Origin: Octopus vulgaris
Lineage: Eukaryota
Reading direction: 5' to 3'
Assembly (NCBI GenBank): GCA_951406725.2
Contig: OX597814.1
Coordinates: 26,412,001-26,476,000 of the forward strand
Length of the DNA: 64,000 nucleotides
Shown here piece by piece: positions 37,126-49,430 of the stretch (the stretch's first letter is position 1; the number at the start of each line of letters is the position of its first letter). Both the position numbers and the translations under genes were made by a program. The notes beneath the pieces are model-generated. The model made no database searches and had not been told where the DNA came from. It saw nothing but the letters and a program-made list of their open reading frames with translations.

Positions 37126-40100
37126 AAAAAAAAAAAACTATCATCTTCAGTTGTGCCCAATCATTGATATTAACTAAATACCACTATGCACTCAATTCTA
37201 TATTTTATGGGGTCTTTTTTACCTCTTTGCTGTCCTGAGAGGCCTTTCCTTTATTTTGCTTCTTGTTAGGGCTAATTCTAGACAAACCAGGCAATTGCTC
37301 TGAGGGCTAAAATCTAGAGAAACCACATTAATTCAGAACAATGTAGACAAAATTTCTTGATCCAATAAAAATTCCATGAAACTGGTAATAAAAATTACAG
37401 CTTAAGTTACTTCTTCAAAAGATGTTTTAGAGCTATCATCACCAGCTGAACCTGTGATAATATTGTAAAACTAAGTATTAAAAGTTACTGCTCTTGGTTG
37501 CAGCCATGAAACAGACATAACTTGAAGAGGAGTTCACACTGTAGGGCTAGTCTTCAGTGATGAATACTCTTCAGTCTTATGTTGTGATTTCAAGAGCAAC
37601 TCTTTAATTTTTCATAGTTACAAAGTTCCTGCAATTAAGGGTTTAAGTATATGGGATAGCCTCATTTGCATACATAAAGCATTTTTGGGAGCTACTTTGA
37701 TTAATATATCATTGGTTCTTAAAGTTTTATATTTCAATGTTTTAATGTTTTACAGAATATATCATGGATTTTTAATTTAAACTATATGTATGGGTGGATG
37801 CAAGCATTATGTCTTTATATACAATATCTTATAGATTCCAATAGGATGAACTATCAGAATAACCTTGTGCTAGAAATAACAGCCTATTCTCCCACATATT
37901 GTCTTTAAAAAAGAATGCATTGGATAATGTGACATGATGTATAAATCGTCTGAGAAAAGGGAAAATAAAAGATAAAACGACCATGTTTGAATCACTCTTT
38001 GATCACAGGACTGCTTGATCACAATTCACCTGAGGCTAAACAACAACAACTGGATCTAGATTTGAGAACATAGAGGAAGAAAAAGTAAAAAACAACCAAT
38101 ATATAACAAAACATTATCGGTCACACATGCATATACATACACATACACTCAGGTTTGTATGCATATATGCCTACTCCAAGTTCCAAATGTAGCACACCTC
38201 TCAGGTAAACCCTACTGTTTCATTGATTGTTGTGTAGTTACTGGTGTGTTCAACACAGAAAACAGTCCCCCTCTCAACCTTGAATAGAAAGGAAAATCAT
38301 GACAGACTATATGAGCTGCTTGTGGTACTGAAGATGGCAGCGATGGCAGTGGTGGTGGCAACTGCAGTAGCATAAACAGCCACAGTGATGGTAATGATGG
38401 TGAGGTGCTTGTTGTTGTAGTGGTATTGGATAGAGTTCATGTGGATGTTGGTGTAATGGAGGTATTGTTGCTGGCAGTAATACTTACTGATGATGATGGT
38501 GGTAGAAGTGGTGATGTGATGATGGTGAAGTTGATGGATGGTAGTGGTGGTGGTTGAATTTCTAATAATACTGATAATGATGGTGTTGATACTATAAGGA
38601 ATGGTCCTAGAGATGACAGTCATGATTGTGTTTGTGGTGAAGATGATATGGTTGATGTTTTAGTTAGTAATGATTGTGATGGTACTAGAGATGGTAATGG
38701 TGATAATGATAGTGGTTGAGACAGTGATGGTAACCTTAGTGCCACCAATTGTGATGATGATTGCCATGATGTTGAAGAGGATGATGATATGGTGATGTGG
38801 ATGGAGTACAGAAGACTGAATTAAATAAATTGAACCAGATGAAGGAGATCCAAAAAAAATCCTGACAGAAGAGTGAGTAGGTCGGGGTGGGGGTATGAAG
38901 GAAGGGAGCATAAGTGGTGTCCCTTTTTTTATATTCCCTCTCACCATCCCAACCACAAAATGAACCCTTTTGTTACCTACCATTACAATGGCAACCACCA
39001 CAACCTCCATCACCATCACAACTAACCATTTTTTACTCTCTCAGCTACTACTATAACCACCACCCTTATCAATGAGCCATCAAGTGATTATCTATAGATG
39101 ATGATGATGTTGTCCAATCTGCTGAAAATCACAGTCAAAATCTCCTTCAAATTACAAACTACCATATTGGAAAAGGACATATTAGATAATCTACTCCTAG
39201 CTTCCCAGTGCAAAGGAAAACAACTGGATAGCTATGGTTGGAATGGTTTTGACTACAGGTCTGCACGAACTGGCTGGCTTGGGGCTAAATAATAACAACA
39301 ATCTTCACTACTCAAACCAACATGGCAGCCTCTTAATGGCTAGTTTTATTGCTAGAAATGCCAGCCGAGTCTCCCTCAAATCACATAATATTGTCTTAGA
39401 AATGAAATAAATCATTGGATGATGTAGTTCCCACTGTGAAATACCCTCAACACACCAAAGGAAGGACAAGATGGTCTTGTGGGAACGTCTTTGATTATAG
39501 TTCTACTCTTTCATGACTGACTTAGGCCTAAACCACAATAATAGTAACAACAACTAACTCTGTAACCACCACCCACCTTCACCTGTACCATTCACCATTA
39601 CCACCACCACCATCACCACAACAGCAACAATACTGACACAAACAATTCCACATTTCTCCCCACCCCTATTTGAAATTAGTGTCATAGAAAGTAAATAATC
39701 AATGAAAAGAAGGAATATTTTTACAAAACATCGCACACATGAACCCATCTTTCTATTTCCTTTCCTTTCACTTTTTTCCTTCCTTCTGCCTTCCCTCTTC
39801 CTCCTCTTTCCTCGCTGATTGGCTTCTACTTTAGCCTTGCTTACATCTCTCTCCTGCTTTCTTCCTACTAGAGTTCTCTCAGCTTAACTAACCTATTCTA
39901 TGCACCATCAGCAACATCTCAGTATGGACCCCCATCATTGTCACCACTATCAGCCTCATTGTCAATACCATAACCATCATCCTCATCCTCTACTCATCCT
40001 CTACTCATCATCTCCTCATTATAGCTTTGCCTTCGCCATCATCTTAAGTGACATAATTGCCACCATCTTCATCGTTATCTTTGTCCTTATCATCCCTCTT

Positions 40101-40703
40101 CTTTTTTCTCATTATCACTATCAGCAGCAATATCATCATCATCATTGCCTTCCTCATCAGCCCAATCATCTTTATCATCCTTATCTTCATCACCTTCATC
40201 ATTTCCTTGCTAATGAGGGAGCCTCTTATCTGCTAGAGACAGTAGCCAAATATCCTACTGTTTTAGAAGACAAAACACATTACATTATTGTTTACCCTCA
40301 GTTTCATTCAGAATAAGTATGAATGCTTTTTTCTTTTCTTTCTTTTCTGTTACTAGATCACTTACATCACCAGTACCCTATTCTTCTACCCTACTACTCC
40401 ATCAACTGTAATGATTTTCATCAACTTATCCTCTCCTTTTTTCTTCCTTTGATCCTTTTTTCTCCATGTGATTTCTTCTGTACTACTATCTTGGTCACCA
40501 TCATTTAGTAATTTTACCTTTTTCTTTCATCACTTTTTTTCCACTCTTTATACCCTCTGATTGCTACCGTGTTCTCTCTCCTCTCTCTTGGCCCCTCTCT
40601 GTTCTCTTCCCTTTCCTCTCTCCCTGTCATGTGATAGTCTTTCCTTTACTATCAACAAATGAAGTACTGATACTACTACTACTAATAAGTGGAATAAATA
40701 ATA

Positions 40704-41270
40704 ATTCTAGGCACAAGGCCAGCAACTTTGAGAAGGCACGAGTCTATTATATTGACCCCACTACTTGACAGCTATTCTATTTTATTGACACCAAAAGGAT
40801 GAAAGGCAAAATTAACTTGAGTGGAATTTGAACTCAGATTGTAAAGAGCTGGAAGAAATTGCTGCTATGCACTTTGTCTTACCCGCTAATGATTTTGCCA
40901 GCTCACTACTATAGTTTCTGATTTAGGTACAAAGTCAGAAAATGTGAGGGGAGGTTATTAGCCAGTACCATCGATCCCTAAGGATGACGAGCAAAGTGAA
41001 CTTCAGTAAAATTTGAATCAAGAATGTAAAGAGCAAAGTAATATTTTTCAATGCTCTATTTTTTTTTTAATATAGGCACAAAGCCAACAATATTGCAAGG
41101 AGGGTATTAGTCAATAGCATCAACTTCAACACGTTACTGGTACTTTGTTATATCAACCCTAACAGGACAAAAGCTAGAGATGACCATAGGAGGATTTGAA
41201 CATAGGAGTCAAAACAAATTCCACAAAACGCTTTTACTAACATTTTAAAGCTTCTGCTTGCTCACCACTC
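40704..41270 (-). mobile_element. Array of three SINE B copies
   Basis: aggcacaaggccagcaa...aaaggatgaaaggcaaa...ggaatttgaactcag; units at ~40704, 40915 and 41072. Confidence 0.8.
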
Positions 41271-41280
41271 TAATAATAAC

Positions 41281-41482
41281 CTTTTATCTTTTACTTGTTT
41301 CAGTCATTAGACTGCTGCCATGCCTTGAAGAATTTTAATCAAAGGAATCAACCCCAGTACTTTTTTTAAGCCTGGTACTTATTCTATCCACCTCTATCGC
41401 TGAACCACTAAGTTATGGGGATGTAAACACACCAACACCAGTTGTCAAGTGGTAGTGGGGGACAAACACAAAGACAAGCATA

Positions 41483-41513
<31 letters not shown>

Positions 41514-41800
41514 TAATCGAAATGTACAGTATTATATATTCAATACGGCCGATCTTATCAATTGGTTTCTCACTAGGAGTTCAGTGGAGTGTTAAGTAAC
41601 TGTCCGATTATGTAACCCTGTGCTCTTCAGACATAGCCATTATGGAATGAAATATGGCAATTGCTTTAAGTTTCCTTCTACAAAATCCACTCACAAGGCT
41701 TTGATCAACCTGAGACTATAGTAGAAGACACTTGCCCAAGTGTTACCCGTGGGACTGGATCCAGAACTATGTGGTTGGGAAACAAACTTCTCACTACACA
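41281..41800 (-). mobile_element. SINE family A interrupted in its TA tract by a hammerhead-bearing insert
   Basis: Tail cttttacttgtttcagtcatt (41290), body to 41480, head/core resumes at ~41665 (caaaatccactcacaaggct...gacacttgcccaag). Confidence 0.85.
41540..41645 (-). ncRNA. Degenerate type I hammerhead ribozyme (predicted)
   Basis: CUGAAGA (41630-41624), stem II (g)cacagg/ccuagug(a), GAAA (41569-41566), CCAAUUGA, UA, stem I auggcuaugu/agaucggccgu. Confidence 0.55.
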
Positions 41801-41812
41801 GTACTCCTGTAT

Positions 41813-41866
41813 AGTGGTGGTGGTGGTGGTGGTGGTGGTAGTAGTAGCAGCAGTAGCAGCAGCAGC

Positions 41867-41931
<65 letters not shown>
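41813..41931. repeat. Compound (GGT)n/(AGC)n/(AGT)n microsatellite
   Basis: Directly visible; explains the poly-S/T/V ORFs. Confidence 0.95.
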
Positions 41932-41932
<1 letters not shown>

Positions 41933-44334
41933 TTCTTTTAATAATAATAATAAATCACACACCATTAACTTTCCTCATTGTGTTCTTCACTCAGCACCAG
42001 ATTTTTTTCTTCTTCACTCTCTTTCCCTTTCCTTTCCATCTTCTACTTAAGTCATCAGTATTGTCAACATCATCAGTGGCATTGTTAAATGTCAAGCTGC
42101 ATGCAAGAGTAGGGATGTGGTAGGTGTTGAGTAATGTAAGGGAGTAGTGTGTGTGCTTGTGGACAAGGGCAAAGTATGAAGCAGGGTAGTGTTGGTAGTG
42201 GTGATAGTGGATGAAGAATATGTGGGAGTTGAGTGCAGTGGTACAGATGTAGGTGTTGAACTGACATAGTGTTTGTTTTTGTTGCTGATCTTATTTCTGC
42301 TGTTTATCCCCCAGGTTAGCTCTAACCAAGCAGAACCATGATGGAAGGCATTTCATCCATGGCTATCCTGTAATTTCTTTATGCATAGTGTATGTAGGAC
42401 TACATTATCTTATATGCTGTTCCCATTTTTATAATATTTGACTGTGAGTTGAAGAATTTGGCTGCTATTTCTAGCAGGACGAGCAACTCTGCAGAGGTTT
42501 CTTCATTAGCTTGTGACAAAGTTGTTGCTTATGGTAGGAATGGTGGCAAGGATTGCTGTTGTTAATTATCCCTAATTCAATACTAATTGAACAAATTTAT
42601 AGCAAAAGACATTCCCATTATGACCACCACATTTTTTAGGGTTTATAGGAAAACTACAATATCTAATATTCCTTCCTTTACCCATGATGGTTGAGTAAAA
42701 TTTGAGGGACAATTAGTTGCTATTTCTAACATTGGATAATATACCCATAAAGGTTCTCTTGTTGATTCAGCAGTGTTGTAGTTGCTGTTGTTGTGATGGT
42801 TGCTCTTGTTTGTTTGTTTGGTTGTGGTGGTGGTGGTTGTAGCCATTGTAGTATTTCAACAGTGTGTGTGAAATGGAGTGATGGTGGTATAGTTTGTGAA
42901 TGGAGTGTTGGAGTATGGTACAGTGATGATATTATAGTAGTGTTACCGGTTTAGGAGAAGGAAAATGAGAAGAAGAAAAAAGAAAGGGGAGAGGAGGCAG
43001 TGGTAATGAATTCATTAGAAGATAGGAGTGGAGGAGGTGATTTATATTATTGTCATTGGTGTTTGTAGGAGTAGTAGTGAAAATAATGGTGAAACTGCAA
43101 GTAACAAAGTACTTTGCATCACTTTAGAGCCAGAATACCTGGAAAACCTGGAATGGTAACATCATCATCAATGACAATTACTACAGCAGTTTCTATAGCA
43201 ACATCAACAGCAATTACTGAACAATATCAATAATGACAAGAAACAACAATTAGTAACATTAGCACTTATGAAAGTAATAATCACACGACCACCACCAACA
43301 ACAGCAATAACAACATTAGCACCAATGATTGCAACAACCACACCACCACCAACTATAATAATAATAAGCCAAGGAATGAGCATACACATAGTCACTTGGC
43401 CTACCAGAAATAGCAGCCACTGTATAGTGTCTCTTGTTTAAATGAGACACCGTACAGTCCCATTTAAACAAGAACTGGAGCTATGCTATATGATTGACTG
43501 AGATATCAGGGTTGACCTGAAACCATAAAATTACAACTTCCTGCATCCTACTGGACTTCTCAATCAGAGATAGGATGAGGCCATACAACAACAATTACTA
43601 CCTACTTGCCATGGTCCAGCCAGATTAAGATGGACCTAGGGTTATACAATCATAGCAACAACAATCATTGTATAATACCTACAACATGGAAGGGGTGACT
43701 TACTGTCCTTTTCATAGGTTGATTCTTAAAAGTGCCCTCTTAAGCATGCCCTGCACTGCTCACATAAATTGAAATTATACTTATTAGTATTGACTCAAAA
43801 TTCAGCTGCTTTTATGATTTGTTAAGAACTTCAGAAGAAGAATACACAGAGTAGAAAGAGAACAATAAAAGAAGAATCATACCAATCCCAATTACAATGT
43901 ATTCCAACATATAACAAACACTTGTGGATAAACATTCAAGTTTCAAACAATTTTCTCGGTGAGATATCATCTATGTTGTGTTAAGAGTATTATAGACCCC
44001 TTGGCAAAACAATGTATTGTGGCTTATACTATTTATTTATCAACATCAAGCCAAAGCATAGATTAACAATGAGCCCCCAGATTCTTGATGCCCTGCCAAC
44101 TGCTGCAGGTATCCATGCTTAAAGCACTGGGTATCATGTATGGAGAAGGATTGCTTAGTGCAACAGAAACATATCCTCAGTTGTCTGGATTGATAAGAAT
44201 GAATAACAATAACAATTGCATCTAAATGGGTTAGAACTCTAAAACAAAATTAGCAGCAACTAGAAGAGAATAACTATGATTACATGAGCAACAAGACAAG
44301 TCAATTAAAATTTAAAATAAAAGAGGGTTAGGCT

Positions 44335-44660
44335 AATCATCATCATCATCATCCTCTAACATCTGCTCTCCGTGCTGGCATGAGTTGGTCTGTTTGACCA
44401 GAGCTGGTTTCAGTCTGATTTGGCTTGGTTTCTATAGCTGGATGCCCTTCATAACACCAACTACTTTACAGTGTGTGCAGGGTGCTTTTGAAATGGCAGC
44501 AGCAAGAGTGCTTTTTACATGGCACTGGTATAGGACTCTTGCAGGCCAATACTCTTCATCAAGGAAGTGGCCTTAACACTTCTGTTGGGAATGACAGATC
44601 CTCCCTGAGACATCTGCCAGATGTCTCAGTCCTTTGTCATCACCTCTGAAAGTTTCAGTG
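44335..44660 (-). mobile_element. SINE family C, decayed
   Basis: (CAT)n...gctggcatgagttgg...gctggatgcccttc...gtgctttttacatggcac. Confidence 0.65.
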
Positions 44661-46110
44661 TTCTGAACTACAATAATAATTAAAACAACAACAATACTAA
44701 TTCCAGTAACAATAGCAATCATCACAATGACAGAAACCACAACTATGATAGAAATAATAATGATTAAATGAAACATGCTCTTCATAGTTGCTCAAACTGC
44801 AAGGAAGATTAGCCAGACCTCTTTCACATTTCACACATTCTCTTATTTTAAATAAGGAAAGGATATGTTTGATAATGTTATAGAATATAATCCTAAAAAA
44901 ATTCAGGATGGTTGGAATGTCATTGATCATAAGCCTGCTCAGTCAGGATTGATCTAGGGTAAATAATAAGGAATATCATGACCATGACTATTGCAAATTG
45001 AGACAGCAGCAATTACATGCATGGCACAAACTAGAGTTCCTTGATAATCAATCTCAAAACATCTATGCGTATGTTTTTGTATACGTTTGTATGCATGTGT
45101 ATGTATCTACATGTATATGTGTGTTTCATATATTTAAATTTCTTTTATTTTTCATTTGTTGGTGTTGTTCTTTATATTTCTCTGAATGTGTTTGGAATAA
45201 GAAAACAGGTCTTTGTTGACAAAGTTGTTTCATTTACTACAACACCAAAGATTACAATAATAATAACAATATCAGCTATAACAACAACAACAATAAATTT
45301 ATATATAAAATTGACAACAAAGGCAAGTAAAAATGTTTACAACTGGGCAAGTAGTAGCTGTTGCTTAATATGCTAGAAATAGCAGTTAAATTTCCCTCAA
45401 AACCACACACAACTGTATTAAAGATGGAATCAGTGAAAAATATAGACCCCAATATACAAAAAAGAATCACGATGGTCATGGCTAGAACACTTTTGATTGT
45501 TGGTCTGTTAAGTCAGTACTGGCCTAGGGCTAAGCAACAATGATGAGTGGCTAATAATAACAAGTGCAACAACAACCACCTCAAGAAGAATAACAATAAT
45601 AACATAGCAGCATCTACAACAACAATAATTTTAAAAAAATCTAATTAAAGACTACAACAACAGTGAGAATAAGAGCAATAATGGTATCAATAAATTATAA
45701 AAACAACAGCAGCACCTGCAACAACAAAACCAAAAGAGTCAAAGCAACATCAGTAACAGAAACAATAGTAGTTACGAGCATCATCAAAATGACACCAACA
45801 GTAAATACAATAACAACAACAACAGCAAACACTATAAAATAATGATGATGATGATAATGATGGTGATTAATGGCAACAAAAGCGAAATGGAAAACACTGC
45901 AATAATAATATCATCATCAAGAACAGCAGTAGCAAGAACAACAACAGCAGCAGCAAAACAACACTACAATATAAATAACAACAAAGGCTACTGAGTAAAG
46001 CCAACAAAAGATGCAAGCCGGCATGATGCAAAGGAAGAGGAAAAAACACCCTGATAAAATTCAAGCTTTAACAAGGAACATCAAGAGATGGATGCTAATC
46101 AATGAGTGTA

Positions 46111-46144
<34 letters not shown>

Positions 46145-46846
46145 TCTATGTGGGTGAGTGTGTGGGTGTAAATGCACGTGTGCTTCTTTCCAAGGTTCTC
46201 TCATTACAACAGACTTGCACGTGACATGTAGTTAGCGGTAATCTAGTAGGGAACTACATACACTCAGGTAGAGGTAAATAGATGAAGAAAGATAGGACGA
46301 GGAAGGTATAAAGATATAGGGAAACAAGATTGTGAGAGAGAGAGAGAAGAGAGTAAAAGATAGTTTATAACAAGGGAAGGGTGACTGACTAGAAATTCTG
46401 AAGATTAAACTAGAGAGAGAGGAGAGAGAGAAAGAGAGAGAGCGAGCAACAAAGCAAAAAGAGTGAGAGAGAGTGGAAGGAGAAAAAGGAGCAATGAAAA
46501 TAAATTCAGAAAGTGAAAGGAGTAATTACAACAGAAAAATGAATAATATAAATAAATAGCCAGAAACAATGAAATAAAATCATATATTTAAACCAGGTCT
46601 GGTGGGATTTGAACTCAGACAAAAAGAAACAGCTGCATATAACATTTAGATTACATTCCTTTGCATTTGCACTCATGTGACATACTTCAAATATCTACTA
46701 ACACACACTTATATCTGTGGAAACAAATGCATGCACATACATACATGCATGCATGCATACATACATACACACATACATGGAAACCAGTTTTCTTTTAAAT
46801 GCATTAAGAACATGTCTGTGTTTGAATTATATTTTTCTATACTGCA

Positions 46847-47247
46847 AGCATGGCTGTGTAGGTAGTGTTCAGCTTGTAATCAGCTGTTGTTTGTTGTAGG
46901 TTCAAACCCTAAGTGCACTACCTTGAGCAAATCTCTCCAAATATGTGCTCACTTCGACTAAGACATTGTGAATGAAGTTTAGCAGGTGGAAACTGTACAT
47001 AATATATAATACATAGATATGTTATATACAAGGGGGTGCTGAAAATATCCTGGCTTTAAGTAAAAGAAAATACAAGAGATTCATTTATGATTTTATTCAG
47101 CATATTCCCCTCTCAGATTCACACACTTATTGCAGTAGTCCTTCAGATTTTCTAAGCACTGTAAAAGAACTTGGGAGGTTGGACCTCCAACCAGGCCATT
47201 CACAATACTCTTAAAGCCAGGAACTTTTCAGCACCCCCTCATACATA

Positions 47248-47312
<65 letters not shown>

Positions 47313-47705
47313 ATGTGCATGTATATATGTTTGTATATATATCTGTATGTATATCATCATCATGTCTGACGTCTGCCCTCCATGTATATATATACATATA
47401 CACACACAAATACAGGCAAAGGTGTGGCTGTGTGGTAAGAAACTTGCTTTCCAGTCACATGGTTCCAGGTTCAGTCCCATTGTATGGTATCTTGGGCAAA
47501 TGTCTTCTGCTATAGCCTGGCTTGATATGTCTATGTCCCCGTAACTTATCAGTTCACCAAAACAGACTGATAGAACAAGTGCCAGACTTTAAAAAGATAA
47601 ATAACTACTGGGAGTCAATACATTCAACTAAAAATCTTTCAAGGTGGTGCCCTAGCATGGTCACTGTCTAATGACTGAAACAAGTGAAAAACAGAAAAAG
47701 AAATA
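46847..47705 (+). mobile_element. Nested SINE A copies with an intervening mariner MITE
   Basis: A head at 46847-47000; second A head at 47420-47520; A body and tail at 47520-47705. Confidence 0.75.
47029..47241 (-). mobile_element. Mariner-derived MITE with TA target-site duplication
   Basis: ~32-bp TIRs caagggggtgctgaaaatatcctggctttaag / cttaaagccaggaacttttcagcaccccctca, TA on both sides; minus strand retains CNKCVNLRGEYAE* (mariner C-terminal end). Confidence 0.9.
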
Positions 47706-47706
47706 A

Positions 47707-47707
<1 letters not shown>

Positions 47708-47739
<32 letters not shown>

Positions 47740-47788
47740 AATTTAATAATAAAACATATGCATACATACATATATGTACATACCTACA

Positions 47789-47831
<43 letters not shown>

Positions 47832-47999
47832 TATATACATACATATATGTATATATATATATATATCTATATATATATATATATACATATGTATGTATAT
47901 GTATATATATATACATATGTATGTATATATATATATATACATATGTATATATACATATGTATATATATATATACATATGTATATATACATATATGTATG

Positions 48000-48050
<51 letters not shown>

Positions 48051-48057
48051 GCATATG
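47708..48057. repeat. Long complex (TA)n microsatellite
   Basis: Directly visible; similar tracts at 3940-4020, 5200-5436, 26150-26310 and 35881-36085. Confidence 0.95.
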
Positions 48058-48138
48058 TGGCATGGTGGAGTGAGTAAATATGTGTGCATTTATGTTTATG
48101 TTGATAGTATTCTAAAAACTTTTATGTATCATTGGCAC

Positions 48139-48285
48139 AGGAGTGGCTCTGTGGTAAGTAGGTTCCATGTTCAGTCCCACTTCGTTGCACCTTGGGAAAG
48201 TGTCTTCTAATATACCCTTGGGCTGACCAAAGCCTTGTGAGTGGATTTGGTAGACGGAAACTGAAAGAAGCCCATTGTATGTGTG

Positions 48286-48332
<47 letters not shown>

Positions 48333-48527
48333 ATGTCTGTGTTTGTCCTCCCAACATCGCTTGACAACCAATACTGGTATTTTTACGTCCCCGTAACTTA
48401 GCGGTTCTGCAAAAGACACCGATAGAATAAGTACTAGGCTTACAAAGAATAAGTCCTGGGGTCAATTTGCTCAACTAAAGGTGGTGCTCCAGCATAGCTG
48501 CCGTCAAATGACTGAAACAAGAATAAA
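48139..48527 (+). mobile_element. Full-length SINE family A
   Basis: Colinear with 8485-8897; followed by an inverted A tail at 48597-48645. Confidence 0.9.
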
Positions 48528-49059
48528 AAATGTATTATCTATATACACACACATATATATATATGCACATGCGTATATACATATTCGTTTATTCTGTTAT
48601 TTGTTTCAGTCATTTGACTGCAGCCATGCTGGAGCACTGCCTTTATATATCTATCTATCTATCTATCTGTCTATCTAATCTATCTCTAAATATATATATT
48701 ATAAATGCTTACATATGCATATAAATGTGTATGTATATATATATATGCATATATATATATATGTGTGTGTGTATATGCATACATATGTATGTTTATGTAT
48801 ATCCATATATAAGATATAGATAGATATAGATCTATGCATACATATATATATGTATATATGAGTATGTGTGTGTGTGTGTGTGTGTGTTTAGAAGTATGGA
48901 TGTATACAGATATATAAAACATTTGTTCAATTTAGTAAGTGATTTGTTTTTTTTGTGTTGTGTAGAATCTAGTCACAAAGCACTTTAGGGCTACTCTATG
49001 CATAGTATGATATTTGGAGAGAAAGAGAAGGAAGAGAAGAAAATGAGAGATAGGGAGAT

Positions 49060-49430
49060 AGGAAGGGGAGGAAAGAAGGAAAGTGTTGGTTCCACTTTGG
49101 GTGTGGCTTATTGTTCCCTACGGATTTCCATCTGTTTACTATGTATGAGTGAGGGCTGTGTAACAGAGAGATAGAATCGATGAGTTCCAAAGATGAGAAC
49201 TGTGAAGTTGTAGGAGAAAAGATTGACCATATTTTCTGTGGAGACTCTTGGATGAATGATAGCAAGGGAGGGAGTGTAGCAGTAAGGTAAAAATGATGTA
49301 GAATGACAGGTGCCTTATGTTGTTGAAATGAGATGCTGGGAAAGCTATTATGTATGTAAGGAAGGAGAGAAGTAGGGAGAGGGAATGTGTGTTTTGAGGA
49401 GAAGTTGAGTATTTTAGGTTGTGGAATAGG
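49060..49430 (-). mobile_element. Degraded LINE (CR1/L2/Jockey-like) C-terminus and 3' UTR
   Basis: Minus strand SIFSPTTS then, after a frameshift, HLWNS (cf. SFFPRT..LWNSLP). Confidence 0.35.

Larger units (their letters stand above)
36555..45540. mobile_element. Cluster of ~10 decayed SINE family E copies in both orientations within trinucleotide-rich DNA
   Basis: gctagaaatagcagccaaatctccctcaaatcacac...cattggataatgtagtcc...tttgatcataggtctgct...ggctaaacaacaac at ~36555(-), 37850, 39110, 39330, 40215, 42300(-), 42560(-), 43375, 44800, 45365. Confidence 0.75.

Noticed and set aside
43690-44100. Possible PLE GIY-YIG remnant (IPTYN, IIYVV, KTMYCG)
   Set aside because: Motifs are in different frames and too degenerate to support without a profile search
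46170-46265. Two CACGTG E-boxes and an ACTACA motif, promoter-like
   Set aside because: Adjacent to (TG)n where CACGTG arises easily; no other support
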